Positions 1-16,077 of a DNA stretch of 64,000 bases are shown here, one piece after another. Each line of letters opens with the position of its first letter. The stretch's first letter is position 1. The DNA is from the human T2T-CHM13v2.0 reference genome, Homo sapiens. The stretch covers positions 9,472,001-9,536,000 of the forward strand of contig CP068257.2 of NCBI GenBank assembly GCA_009914755.4, given 5' to 3'. The position numbers were made by a program, and so were the translations under genes. The notes beneath the pieces were generated by a model. It searched no databases, was not told the origin of the DNA, and saw nothing but the letters and a program-made list of their open reading frames with translations.

Positions 1-1828
<1,828 letters not shown>

Positions 1829-3404
1829 ACTTATAAGTGAATCCTCTGTCATTACTATAGTTCAGGTCACCTTAAGTTTCTTCTTGGACTTGCCAATGAA
1901 CTGTGGAATTAAGAAGCTCTCTGCCTACAGTCTTGTTTATCTATTGTAATCTGTTTCTTGTAGTCCCTATTTTAGATCTCATTAATGTCTTGTCACTTCC
2001 ATTAGAATAAATTATAAACACTTTGGATGGCCTGAAGACATTTGTAATTTATCCTAAACTCATCTCTACTCTCATCGCTTGACATCTCCCTCTTCTACCC
2101 ACACATATATATTTAAGCCCACGTAATTACTGCAATTACCCCAAATTCTGTACTTCTCACCAGTGTCTTGCAAAACCCACTCCAACTAACTAATAAGACT
2201 TTTCATTTAACTCTCCAGTTGTAGTTGATATTCTAGTTTCAAACTCTATTTTCTGTGTGAAGGCTGCACTGATATCACAATTTTGTTTCTTCAGTGTGAG
2301 CATTGGCAGCCTGTGGCCTATGGTTTTGGTACAGCCTGCAAGGTAATAATGGTTTTTAGAGATTTAAATGATTGAAACAATTTTTTAAAATAACATTTTG
2401 TAGCATATAACGATTGCATAAAGTAAAAACTGCAGTGTTTTCATAAATAACAAGGTTTTTTTTTTGGACACAAGATCATTCACTTACAGGTGGTCTATAG
2501 ATGTTTTCAGGCTATTATGTCAGAGTTGAGTGGTTGCAACAGAAACTGTATGATTGTCAAAGCCTAACATACTTAAAATCTGACGCTTTGTAGAAAAAGC
2601 TAACATTTGATCTAAAGTTTTCTGTAAAGATACATCTACATTATGTTTATCGTAATTTATATTTATTTATCTGCCTACTGGTTGCAGTTTTGAAAAACTA
2701 TAATCTTCCAGAAAATAGAAACTATAATATTTTTAATTAGACCTCAAGCAAAATTATTTTAAAATGTGGTCTCAATTTTTAAGAAAGTGGGGAAGAATGC
2801 TTTTTTTTCTTTTGTTAAACTTCTTTGCTTCCAGTCCAAGAAGTGACTGTCATTTATTTTTATCTTATTGCTTCCTTTCTCATATTAGCTTGATAAGAAG
2901 TAATGAAATAATATTCAGGTTTCTTAGTAGAGTCATGTTGTAAACATAGCTTTTTTTTCTAGCCACTCTCGAAAAATGGAAAGCCTCTGCTTTATGAGTC
3001 ACCTAATTAATGACATTGAATTATCTAGTAAGTGGACTCTTCAGTTTAATTAAATATCTTCATTAACTTTTCACTGCTTTTAAAAATAACATTTACACAT
3101 TTATGCAAATAGGTTCATCATGTGTCCTTAATCAGTTATTTAGCTTTGGTGCAGAGTTAATAATTCCAATATTTGTTCAAACTGAAGAAAATACAGGACT
3201 CAAAAAAGAAAGGATATTTTTATTCAGGTTTTGAGAAAATCACAAGTAAAACCCCCAACTTATTTATCAATAATTGTATGTTATATACATTTCCATATTT
3301 ACAATTTTGATAAAATAGTTATAATTAATATTTATCTTTAATAATTTAAATATTAGTTATGTATTTATTGGCTCATATTATTTAAATTATATATATATTT
3401 ATAT

Positions 3405-4878
3405 CATTTGCAGTCTGACAATGCAATAGAAAAAAAAACAAAACATTTTCTGAGAAGAAATTCAAGCCAGCTGCAGAAATGTGCATAAGTAACAAGAAGC
3501 CAAATCCTAATCATGAAGACAATGGGAAAAATGTCTCTAGGCCATGTCCTAGGTCTTCACAGCAGCCCCTCCCATCACAGACCCAGAGGCCTAGGAGGAA
3601 AAAATGTTCTCTGGGGACAGGCCCAGGGCCCCTCTCTGTGTGCAGTCTAGGGACTTGGTGCTCTACATCCCAGCCACTCCAGCTGTGACTAAAAGGGACC
3701 AAGGTGCAGCTTGGGCCATGGTGTCAGAGGTTGCAAGCCCCAAGCCTTGGCAGCATCCATGTGGAGTTGAGCCTGCATGTGCACAGAAGTCAAGAAGCAA
3801 GGCTTGGGAGCCTCAGCCTAGATTTCAGAGGATGTATGGAAATGCCTGGATGTCCAGGAAGAAGTTTACTGTGGGGGAGAGGGGGTGATCATGGAGAGCC
3901 TCTGCTAAGGAAGTGGGGAAGGGAAATGTGGGGTTGGAGCCCCACACAGAGTCCCCACTGAGGCGCTGCCTGTGTGAGAAGAGGACCACCATCTTCAAGA
4001 CCCCAGAATGGTAAATCCACTCACAGCTTGCATATGCACCTAAAAAAAACCTCAGATGCTCAACACCAGCCTGTGAAAGCAGCTAGGTGGGAACCGTACC
4101 TTTCAAAGCCACAGGGGCAGAGCTGCCCAAGGCCATGGGAGCCCACGTCTTGCATCAGCATGACCTGGATGTTAGACATGGAGTCAAAGGAGATCATTTT
4201 GAAGCGTTAAGATTCAACTGCCTTGCTGGAGTTTGGACTTGCATGGGGCCTGTAACCCCTTTGTTTTGGCCAATTTGTCCTGTTTGGAATGGGTATAGTT
4301 ACCCAATGCCTGTACCCCCATAGTATCAAGAAAGTAACTAACTTTCTTTTGATTTTACAGGCTTATAGGTGGAAGGGACTTGTCTCAGATGAGACTTTGG
4401 ACTGTGGACTTCTGAGTTAATGCTGAAATGAATTAAGACTTGAGGAACTGTTGGGAAGGTATGATTGGTTTTGAAACTTGAGGACACAACATTTAGAGGG
4501 GACACAGGCAAAATAATATGGGTTGGCTCTGTGTCCCCACCCAAATCTCATCTTGAATTGTAGCTCCCATAATTGCCATGTGTTATGGAAGGACCTAGTG
4601 GGACATAATTGAATCATGGAGGCAGTTTCCCCTATACTGTCCTTGTGGTAGTCAGTAAGTCTCACACGACCTGATGGTTTTATAAGGGGTTTCTGCTTTT
4701 GCTTGGTTCCCATTCTCTCTCTTGCCTTTTGCCATGTAAGACATGACTTTTGCCTTCCACTATGATTGTGAGGTCTCCCCAGTCATGTGGAACTGTGAGT
4801 TCATTAAACCTCTTTTTCTTTATAATTTACCCAATCTCAGGTATGTCTTTATCAGCAGTGTGAAAACAGACTAATACA
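3405..4878 (+). mobile_element. MaLR LTR retrotransposon (THE1/MST-type): 3' part of the internal region (~3405-4513) plus 3' LTR (~4514-4878). The 5' LTR and 5' internal part are absent.
   Basis: 4514-4878 matches the THE1 LTR consensus in sense orientation (taatatgggttggctctgtgtccccacccaaatctcatcttgaattgtagctcccataatt...gtgaaaacagactaatacac, that is TGATATGG...GACTAATACA). The upstream 3405-4513 is collinear, as a reverse complement, with the internal regions of the other three MaLR copies in this window (for example the gcctgcatgtgcacagaagtcaagaag... block). Confidence 0.7.
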
Positions 4879-5082
4879 CTGTCTTTAACATTTTTTCTAT
4901 TGTTTTGACCTTGGAAACTGATGATTATTTGTCTTCAAGATGATCTTTTTGTGGAGTATCTTACTGAAGTTCTCTGTATTTCTTGAATTTGAATGTTGAC
5001 CTCTCTATCTAGGTTAGGGAAGTTCTCATGGATGATATTTTGATCCATGAGATCAAAAATATCAAAAGCCAACTTTTGCTAA

Positions 5083-5539
<457 letters not shown>

Positions 5540-6159
5540 GCCATTCTTTAAGCTCTTAGATTGTTTCCTCCACATGGTCTATTCTGCTGTTAATACTTAT
5601 GATTGCATTGTGAAATTCTTGTAGTGTTTTTCAGCTCTATCAGGTTAGTTATGTTCTCTATACTGGCATTTTGTCTGCCAGGTCATGCAATGTTTTATTG
5701 TGATTTTTAGCTCTGTTGTATTGGCTTACAACATACTCCTATAGCTCTATGAATTTCATTACTGTTTATATTCTGAATGCTATTTCTGCCATTGCAGCCT
5801 CAGCCCTGTTCTGAACCCTGGCTGGAGAGGTGACGCAGTTATGTGGAGGTAGGAAGTTACTCTGGCTTTTTGAGTTTTCAGTATTCTTGCACTGATTCTT
5901 TCTCATCTTTGTGCACTTATCTAACTTCAGTCTTTGAGATTGCTTACCTTTGGACGATATTTTGTTTTCTTTCATCCTATTTGATGATGTCGAAGATTTG
6001 TTTGTGTTATAAGGTAGATTCAGCTGACTGGCTTCATTTCTGGGAGATTTTATGGCACAACACTCAGCTCCCAACTTCTGGACTGTGTGCTCTAACTCTG
6101 GGGGACTTGTATTAGGCCCCAGCTTTGTTCTCTTGTGTTGGGTCCATCCTGCACACTCT

Positions 6160-7240
6160 GGCTGAGCGACAAATGAAAAAAGTATTCAGACACAGTTATT
6201 TTGCCTGAGAATGCAGCTAGGGGACTGCACTGCTTAGCATCGCCAATGAGAGTACAGTCCCACTAAGCCAGAAAACTTTGTATTAATTTAGTACAGATTT
6301 GAAGACAAAGGCCTGGAGCAAACATAATTTGTGGGAAATTAACATTGTTGACCCCTGAGTAGAGAGCAGTCTTGCACATGAATGATCAGAGGTTGGTTTC
6401 CTGAGACATAAGTAAACCAATTTTTCTAGATATGTTTCTTTACATTCCCTTGTTATCTAACCTTTGCCCTTAAGAGAATTTAGCTGCCTTCAGCTAAATT
6501 ATTCTCCAAAGTTTTTGGCCTTCCAAAAAGGTTTGCATCTTTCCCTATAATTTTTCTTACATCTTCTCCCATCACCCTTGAGGCTGGAAATTAAAGAAAG
6601 AAAAGTAAAATTAAAAAGAGAAAGAAACAATCTTTCTGTATTAGGCTGACTCATCCCAAAGTCAGTAACAGGCAAAGCCCAGACCCAGGCAAAGTCTCAA
6701 TAGCATTATCTAAGAAGCTAGGGCTCAAAGAATGTGCTCTGGAGAGTCTCCCAGGGCTCCCTCAACATAGGGAGAAGAAAAACAAATTTTCCTTTCTCTT
6801 TTGCTTCTGTTATTCATCTAAGCAGCACAGTGAAGATCATGAGACACCTGAGCAGGCCTGGATTGCAGTCCCCTAGATGCCATAGCAAAGGTTATGAGAT
6901 AAGCCCATGCAAAGCACTGGAACAAGCCTAGATAACAGCTATCTGGGCTGCATAGCAAGAGTCATATGTAAGCCTGAGTTGTGAACTTGTTGTAGTATGA
7001 TTGACTGCCTTTGTTCTTCTTCTGTATCCTTGCTTTTGAATCATTATACTTTGCACCACTGTAAGCTTGTTTCAAGTTAGACCACCCCCTTTTAGAAGTG
7101 TGCATAAAAGGCAAGTGCTGTCTTTGTTCAGGGTCCAGTCTTTGGATATTAATCTGCTGGTTCTGAGTGCACTCAATAAAAATCCTTCTGTTTCACCTAC
7201 CAATCTCTCCAGTCTCCTGATTCCCACAACAACCTGATCG
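6160..7240 (+). mobile_element. Unclassified ~1.1 kb insertion inside the L1 5'UTR, LTR-like (possible solo ERV LTR). Identity uncertain.
   Basis: The L1 5'UTR antisense homology is interrupted between ~6160 and ~7240. The inserted segment carries cactcaataaaaatccttctgtttcac (an AATAAA signal followed by T-rich sequence, as in an LTR R/U5 region) and does not resemble L1. Confidence 0.25.
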
Positions 7241-10200
7241 ATCTCTTACACTGTGGCTCCTCGAGATTTGGAGTCCACTGTGCTGGGGATAGCAAACTGC
7301 AGTACCTGCAGCAAAGTATTAGTGGATATAGGGGTGTCTGCCTCTCTGCAGGTGTTCACCACAGTATTGGAGGCAAGGCAGCTGTTGGGGGAGCAAGGGC
7401 CTTCTGCTGGAGACAGAGTGCACTGCTGCACTGTAGGTGGTGATGGCTTGGGGTGGGGTGCTGGCCAGTGGAGGTCTTGGAGCCTTATCTGTGGTCTGCA
7501 AGCAGGAGCAATTGCTCAGGTTGTGGGGGGATCCCCTGCTCTGTGTGCAGCACAGCACAAGGGCAGGGCACTGGTGTAGATGGGGCTTGATGACTCTGTG
7601 CCCAACAAGGATCCATCTGCAGTGGTGGTTGGTGGGGCTTATGGGGGGTCACACTGCATTCCCATGTGCTGTTGAAGCAAGTAAAGCCCACCCATGCAGA
7701 TATATGCCAGCAAAGTGATGTGGGGAGATGTGGGCAGTTGCTGTCTCATATCAATTTTAATAAATCTTCTGATATTGTCTCAAATCTTGGAAACCTGTGT
7801 CAGCTCAAAAAGACTTCCTTGTATAAAACTGAAATGCTTCTACCTTTAAAATGTATATGTGATAGATTATTTATTCATAGTAGTTGAATTTAATGCAATT
7901 AATGTTGTAATGAATACAGGACATATTAATATGCTAAGAGTAGACTACTTAAATGTTTGTATTTTCAGTAACTCAAATATAAGCATGTCTATAAATGAAC
8001 TAAAACAGAATTTTGCCCAAATCACTCAAAAAATTAGTTAAATTGAATATGTTTAAAATATACTTAAATACTTTGTATATAATAGATTGTCAAGTAATTA
8101 AAATAATTTACATGTTTTATTTAGTTGTCCTCAACTTTAAAAATATATATCTACATATAATTTACATTATATTACTGACCACATGGCTAAATATGATAGT
8201 TTGGCAGAAATCAATTCATATTAATTATGAAAGACCTACTTTTGGCAAAAATATTTCTCAAGTTTGATATCAATTCTGACTCTATTATTGACATTGATGT
8301 TAAATGTAAACCTCTGTCCATATTCTTCCAGGGACAGAATATCATGAATTAGCATTTTTTTTTACTTATATATCACAGTATCACATACTCAGAAAGCTGT
8401 TTTGATAAAATACAACTTTATCAGTCATTGCCCAATACTGCAATTATATGTCACAAATGTATCTGTATAACCAAACGTAACATATGCAAATTTTTTTTGC
8501 TGATTATAATTAATGAATCAACCAAATGAGAAAAAAACTCTCAATTCGATATTGACTTAAACTTTCCAATTTACTAAAAGTGTTGGTAATATTTGTTTTA
8601 AATATTTAAATGTTTGAATCATATGAATATGTTAAATGAATAAATACTAATGGTATCTTTTACAAGCGGACACTTCAACATTTTGGAGAGGTAAGTGCAT
8701 ACATATTTTTTGTGTGTTCATTCACATATAAACAATCTGTGATTAACTTTGATCATACTCCTAAAAAGACTAGGATTTTTTTCTGTTTTGTTTATTTTTA
8801 TATAAAATTTACATAAAATAGGGTGAACAAATTTAAGTAATATTTATAAGTTTTGACAAATGCATATACATATATAATTAAAATATAGTAATGTTTACTA
8901 TTATGTTGTAGTAACCATCATACCACAAAGTCCACTCATGTTCTTTCTCATTTAACTGCATCTCCATTCCCAAGACAACAACTATTCTATTTACAATAGA
9001 ATAGTTTTTGTCTTCCAGAAATCCATATGAATGGAACCATACAACATGTACTTTTGTGTACAGATTAGTTAAAATAATGTTTTTGATATCCATAAATGCT
9101 GTTGCATATATAAATAGTTGGTCTCTTTCAATAGGTAGGTGGTATTTTCTTGTGTGAATATACCAGATTTTTTTCTATTTGTTGTTGAACACATCAGCTT
9201 TATTATTTTGGGGTAATTAAAAGTTAATTCATTATTACAATTCTTATTCAAGTCTTTCTGTGGAGAAGAGTTTTTACTCCTTTTGAATAAGTGCTTAGGA
9301 GTGACTTGATTATAGGGAAGTTGGGTGGATGAATAATTAATTTTATAGAAAACAGCCAAATTGGTTTTCAAATAGTTGAAAATTTATTTAATTTAAATTG
9401 TCATTTTGTAAAAGTATTTTTAAACATATTTTTCTTTGGTAGGTTACAAGTGACAGTACATGTATAGTAGTTGAATATCTGCTGACATCTATATTTTTAC
9501 AAAAATAAATTCTGCTTTCATTCAAGTGCACAAATATGACCCAATAAATTTTCCTAATATCTCTTTCTAGTTAATACCTCTCATTAATGAAACAATCACT
9601 TTTCTCATATCTGCACCGTAGTTGTATCTGTTTTTGGAATTAAAACAGTATGCACTAATTTCTGCCTGGCATCTTTTGGTTCAACATGTGTTTGAGATTA
9701 ATTGTGTCATTGTGCGTATCAAAAGCTCATTAATTGTTAATTGGTGAAAGGTAATCTCTCTTGTGTGATTATGTCACACAATGTTTATCCGCTTTTCTTT
9801 GATAGACATTTAGAATTTTTCAAATTTTTGACTATCTTAAATAAAGTTTCCATATACATGTTTATACAACTTATGTTTTGGTTATGTTTTTTCTGATCGA
9901 GGGCCTGTAAACACCTTATAATGGAGTTCTTTGTCATAGTATAGGTGTATGCTTAACATTATGAGAAAACAAGACATTTCCAAAGAGTTTTCAGAAGTTT
10001 TTAAAACATTTTACATTTCTACCATCAAGGTATGAGAGTTCCAATAGCTCTAAATCCTTACAAAACTTTGTGCTGCCAGTCTCTGTCAATCTGTTAAAGA
10101 AATTTTAACGTAACTACAGTTTAATATAATGGAAGTTTTTGTTAATGTTATCTTTGTGAGTGCTGGATATTTTGTATTTCTGTACAAAATATGAGCTTTT

Positions 10201-12548
10201 TCTCTAGGACACAGTTAATTTGTTTAAAACCGCTTGATCCTTTTAGATACTTCTTTTATGATTTTTTGTTGCGTTCAACTCAGTACTCAGTTTAAATGTA
10301 ATTAATTTCTACCCCTGAGGCAAGACCTTTTAAATTGCTTTACCAAATGCACTGTGAATTTAGCTTTTTTCTTTCATTTGGCTGGCAAATACAGGTATAA
10401 TCCAGGTCATATGTGAATGTCAGGCACTTGTTTTTGTTGTTGTTATTGTTTGTTTGTTTTTAATCTTTGAAGATGCTTGTTTCCCTGGCAGTGAGCAGAT
10501 TACTCACATATATACACTAATCAGTATTCTGCTAAGCACTGAAAGGAGAACATCTGTAGATATCAGAGATTTCTCTCTTTGAATCTCTAGCTTCTCAGAC
10601 CTAGAAACTCTAGTTACCTTAGTCTCCTGGATTTCTTGGCTTTGTACAACTCTAGGAGCCCACTTTCTCTGCCCCACTGCTGGAAACTCTAGCCACTAAA
10701 TTAGGGCAGTAGCAGGGTTTAACTCCTTTGTTTTCTGTCTTTTGGGAATTAATTCATTCCCTCATATCCAGAGTATTGTATTTCTGTGGGTGTTTCCTTG
10801 ATTTTGTTTTTCAAGCAAGAAGATAAATCTAGTCTTCGGGTAGTCTTTCTTTAATAATTAGTGAGGGGTACTATTATACCTCATTACATATTTGTGTTTC
10901 TTCATTCAAAATATTTCTGTTCAGAGTAAATCCTGACATCAGAAGCAAGATATTCTGAATTATTTTAGGGTATTTTGAATTCAGGAACATTTCAAAATGG
11001 AGCAGCAGGCATGTTGATGGTATTTAACAATGTCATGTCTCATATTCTCTGAATATTGTCGAAGTGTGAAATTCTCTTAAGAGTCACTTGAGAGCATAAC
11101 AAAGCTAAGAGGTGGGCAATAAATATTAAATGTTCAAACTTGCCCTCTTCACATATTTAAACATAGCCTTTCTTTTCAGCTACTTCTAATACTCTTTTTA
11201 GAGTAAGTCATTAACTAGGAGGAATAACATCTTTGAAAAAGTGAAGCAGTGTAGGATAATGTTTCCCTTATGTTAAGTGTATCTGTTAGGTTTTCTGGTG
11301 TATTTTCAGTAGACTTCAATTAAAATATGTAAATAAAATGTTGTATAGTATCTTTCAAATATAGAATTCTGTTTTAATAAACATGTTTATCCAAACATAT
11401 CATGAAGTAATTATTATAATTAGGGTTGATCTATCTTTTCTTTATTTAATAAAATGATTAATAACATTAACTTTCTATTTTCAAAATTTAAAATATTATA
11501 TGTTAGCAGAGAGAACAATTTATAGTGATATGTACATTTTTTTCCATTAAGTACACTGGTATAGTTTAATAATAATGCCTAATAAGATCAATGGAATTAT
11601 TTCTTGTTCATTTATATGTCATTTACCTAATTATTCTCAAACTCAGAATGCAAAGGGAAATCAATTATGTTACTATGCCTTTGTCATAACTATTGCCTCA
11701 TAAATAGCATGCATTTAGCTACACACTTCATACTATTGCAATTCAAATATTGTGAAATACCAACTCAATTTACCATTGTTTTGTAATTTTTTGGAAATGA
11801 AAAATTTCTTGCCCACCTAAATGTAATCTTAACTAGAATGCTTTGGTAAACTTTCTTAACAAATTTTTCTTCATTATACTTACATGTATTTTGTGATATA
11901 ATACAATGTACATACAGTTTCAGTTATATCAGTTTTTAAGAAGATTTGTATTTTCCTCCCGATATAATGAAAATTGATTTGGCAGTGACTACTAGCATTA
12001 CAAAGGTGGTTGACATTTTAATAACTTGAATGAGAAAATCTGCAGCTCCATGTCTGTGTGTAGCAACACAAATACATTTTATCAAAAAAGAAAATAATTT
12101 GCCTGAACAGTTAACTGAAGTTAACATTATTTTTATTTTTAATCTTCAAGATTAAATCAGGATAAACAATACCACTATACTAAAAACATAATCAACATAC
12201 TTGATAGTTTTATATGTTAGGTAATAGATTTTTGATGTGAATACCTAAAATGGAAAAAAGTGAGTATTTTTAATTCTTGGATTCTAAAGCCTTTATAAGA
12301 TAAATGATTTCAAATTACTTCCTTCAAATGTAGCACAAATTTTGAACTTTATCAATTTATTTCCTTTATCTACAGAGGTGATCAAACTCTTGATTTTTTG
12401 GTTTAATCTTTACTAAAGGCTTATAGATTATATTATTTTTCTCAATTATTAAGTCTCCACTTGCATCAAAAAATGATGCATATCTACTTCTGTCAGGTAA
12501 AGGCAAATAATATTAATAGATATATAAATATTTTATAAAATCTTCTTA

Positions 12549-12860
<312 letters not shown>

Positions 12861-15415
12861 TTAGTTAGGGCTAAAGTATCTGATATTTTTCGAGAAGGTT
12901 GTTTGATCCAGAAGAAACTCAATGGTGGATAAGTGAGAAGGCAGTAGTAGAAATGTCAGGCAAAAATGGGAAGTTTTCTTGGAAATCCACTTCCTAAAAC
13001 CTGTGCTATTGTTTTAAAGGCCTGAAATATCAGAGTATGTTTAAAGCAAACGATTACTGACCCTTCTCCCTCCACTTCCAGAAAAATGTGTGGATTGCTG
13101 TCCTGAAAATGAATAAACCAGGTTAAATAGTAGAAATGGGAAAAGTTGTGATTTTGAAGTATAGTCCACAGGCTGGCTGTCACAGCAGGAAGCTACTAAT
13201 TTAATTTATATCGTTCTTAAAGTAATCTACAGAGATAACTAGTAAAGATAAAGAAAATGATTCTATATAGGAAGTCATCATTCCAGGATTTGAGGAATCC
13301 TTCCAAGTAATTTTGGCAGAAGCAGCAAGCATCATACTTTCAAAGCTAATAAAGAATGCAAGGAAACAGGACACATTTTGCAATAAGTAGCAGGAAAAAT
13401 AACAGAAAAAAGTCACAAAAATTGCTGTTCTGGTATTATTACAGACACATTGAAAAACATGTATTTGTATTATGTTCTAAGAAGTAAATTTGAAAATATC
13501 TGCCAAATGAAAAAAATACAATGTAATCTTTCAGTTTTAACATGAAACTAATAACAAATTTTAAAGATAAATGATATTATGACTAAAATTAAACATTAGG
13601 AGCATGAGTATGATAATACTTTGGACACAGCAAAAGAACTAGATCACTGGAAGCTAAATCAGAAAAGCAAATGAGCACATTTCAATACAGTGAGATGAAA
13701 AAATGGAAATGTAGAAGAGTGGTTATCACAAATAATGAGTTGTGTGAGGTGATATATTTAAATAGAGAGCTAGAATAAAATAAATGGAGCAGATAAATAT
13801 GTGAATACTTAATGGTTTAAACTTTCCAAAATGATGAAAGATACATGTGTCCATTCAAGAAACACAGTAAATTTCAAGGAAAAAATAACCACTGAATTAA
13901 CACTTAACAATAAATCTGATGTGAGAGAAAGAGAGAAAACAAGAGCCGGAAAGACAGAGAGAGACAGAGAAAAAGAAATCCTTAAAACAACCATAGGGGA
14001 AAAAAAAAGACACTTTAAAATGTGGCAGCTGGACTACTTATTAAGAGCAACATAGTAACCTAAATACATTTTATAATTTACTTCCTTTCATCACACTAAA
14101 GATATCTTGATTTACAATCTTGATTTTTAAACCCAACATATAAATCCTTAATTTATGAACACCTGATACTCACCAAGGAAACCCTAAAAGACAGAAGAGC
14201 CAAAATGGCCAGCAAGACAGAGCCAGGAAGATCCTCCACTGAAAGAGCTGACTCTCAAGAAAACCAGCACACTCTGAGCAGATCTTCAAAAAGAAAGCAT
14301 TGAGAGTGGAAGGAGAGAGGATGGAGACACTGGGCTAAAGGATCAGAAAGCTGGGAACCCAGCATGGGATTGTGGAGCACAAGGACTCATTCCTGACCCT
14401 GAGAGGTGAGGGAAGGGGTGAGTTAAATACGATGGAGTGGCTTACTCTTTCCAAAGAGCTCCAGAATCCTAGCTTTACGAGACTTCACAATCCCCATGGA
14501 CATTCGAGCTAGCAAGGAGAGTTGCTTGGAGAAGTAGCAAAGACAGGATTCCAGTACGTGTAGAGCCCAGAAAGTTTGACATAAGAATGGTTCCGGTGAA
14601 GCACAGCCAGGGACACCCATTTCCTAAGGCTTACCACACGCCTCTGAGTGACTTTGGTCATTATTGATTGTCAGACCTGCACAGAGAAGGGCTGTCTTGC
14701 CCGTGGGATATGCCAATGTGATTAGATGCTCTCCTGTCGACTGGCCTCTCCTGGGGTCCCCGCCAGGCCATACCCTCTTGGAGGGCAGCTTTGCATGCCC
14801 AACGAGGGTGCTTCTCAGTGGCCATCACCGTAGCAGCAGACTCGACTCTGCTCTCACTGGAGAGCTTCCGCAAATATACCTCCAACAGTGCACACCTACT
14901 TACAGTCCCCCCTCACTGCATTGCCGGCATGCACTGTGCACAGTCTCCACTCACTGTTTCGCCAGTGTGCACATATGCAGAGTCCTCACTGCAACTGCAT
15001 GGGCCCCACTGATGTGTGTGTGTAAACCCTGACAACCTGCCACTGCCAGGGTGAGTATGAGTATAACATGCCACACTGCACCCCTGCTGCAGCTGGTGCA
15101 CATGTGCGTAAGCATGGACCCCTCAGCAAATGCTCCAATGAAGCACTTTTGTTGTTATCCCCCATTGGACTGTTGTTGCCAGTGGACTGAGAATGCTGTG
15201 GCCCTGTCAGTGCAGCAGGTACTTCATCTTGAGGGGGCATATAACAAAGCTGTGGGCCAGGTCCCAATCCCCCCAGTGTTAGAGCACACATCCCAGGAGA
15301 GCTGAGCTGAGCCTTGGCCACCTGAAATCATCCAGAAATGAAGCCAGTCAATTAAATGCAACTTATAGCATAGTAAACCCTCAACGGCATCAAAGTATAC
15401 AAGTAAAAAGCCCCA

Positions 15416-15447
15416 TGCAAAACAAACAAACAAACAAACAAACAAAC
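15416..15447. repeat. (CAAA)n microsatellite, about 8 units.
   Basis: aaacaaacaaacaaacaaacaaacaaac read directly. Confidence 0.9.
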
Positions 15448-15748
15448 TTCAACGATTAAAGGAAGATTAGCTCACAGAGATGAGAAAGAACCAGAACCAG
15501 CATAACTACACTGGCAATTCAATAACACAGAGTGTCTATTTTTAGGTGACCACACTAACTCCCCAGCAACAGCTGTTAACCAGACTGAAAAGACTGAAAT
15601 AATAGACAGAATTCACAAGCTTGATGGCAATGAAGGTTACTGAGATTCAGGAGACAGTTAAAAGCCCATCCAAAGAATCTAAGGAATCAATTAGAAAGAA
15701 ACAAGAGCTAAGAGACGAAATAGTCATTTTTTTAAAAGACCCAAACTC

Positions 15749-16028
15749 TTGCCAGGCACAGTGGTTCACACCTGTAATCCCAGCAATTTGGGAGGCCGAG
15801 GCAGCCAGGTTACCTGAGTTCAGGAGTTCGAGACCAGGCTGGCCAACATGGTGAAACCCCATCTCCACTAAAAATACAAAACTTAGCCAGGCATGGTGGC
15901 ACACACCTGTAGTTCCAGCTACTCGGGTGACTGAGGCAGGAGACTGGCTTGAATTGAGAGGTAGCAGTGAGCCGAGATCACACCACTGCATTCCAGCCTT
16001 GGTGCCTTGGTGACAGAGCAAGACTCCA

Positions 16029-16064
<36 letters not shown>

Positions 16065-16077
16065 AAAGAAAGACAAT
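15749..16077 (+). mobile_element. Alu SINE whose poly(A) tail is replaced by a (CA)14 microsatellite. Flanked by an 11-bp target-site duplication, gacccaaactc.
   Basis: Body: tgccaggcacagtggttcacacctgtaatcccagcaatttgggaggccgaggc...gtgacagagcaagactccatc, then (ac)14 and aaaaggaaagaaagacaat. The sequence gacccaaactc appears at 15738-15748 and again at 16078-16088. Confidence 0.9.
16031..16058. repeat. (CA)14 dinucleotide microsatellite at the Alu 3' end.
   Basis: acacacacacacacacacacacacacac read directly. Confidence 0.95.

Noticed and set aside
3405-4878. Interpreting the recurrent catgagatttgggtggggacacag... family as an old-L1 5'UTR
   Set aside because: The ~360-415-bp end segments recur in the same orientation at both ends of ~2.3-2.4 kb units (22199-24499, 44269-46665). 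They begin and end with TG...CA, and one copy has a 5-bp target-site duplication. This is LTR-retrotransposon (MaLR THE1/MST) architecture, and the end segment matches the THE1 LTR consensus.
7250-7720. GC-rich patches (7250-7720, 14640-15300, 21250-22198, 24500-25500) as CpG islands or promoters
   Set aside because: They align to L1 5'UTR antisense or sense sequence and tandem 5'UTR monomers. CpG dinucleotides are sparse and scattered, below island density. No TATA or initiator context outside the known L1 internal promoter.
8690-8700. Additional isolated consensus donor sites (for example GAG|gtaagtgc at ~8690) as exons
   Set aside because: Single strong splice motifs without a paired acceptor and sustained open frame are expected at random at this scale. 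Only the 2295-3028 pair was retained, and even that as weak.
9741-9790. Short perfect palindrome tgtgtgattatgtcacaca as a regulatory hairpin
   Set aside because: 7-bp arms with a 5-nt loop occur by chance many times in 64 kb of AT-rich DNA. No repeated instances or conserved context.
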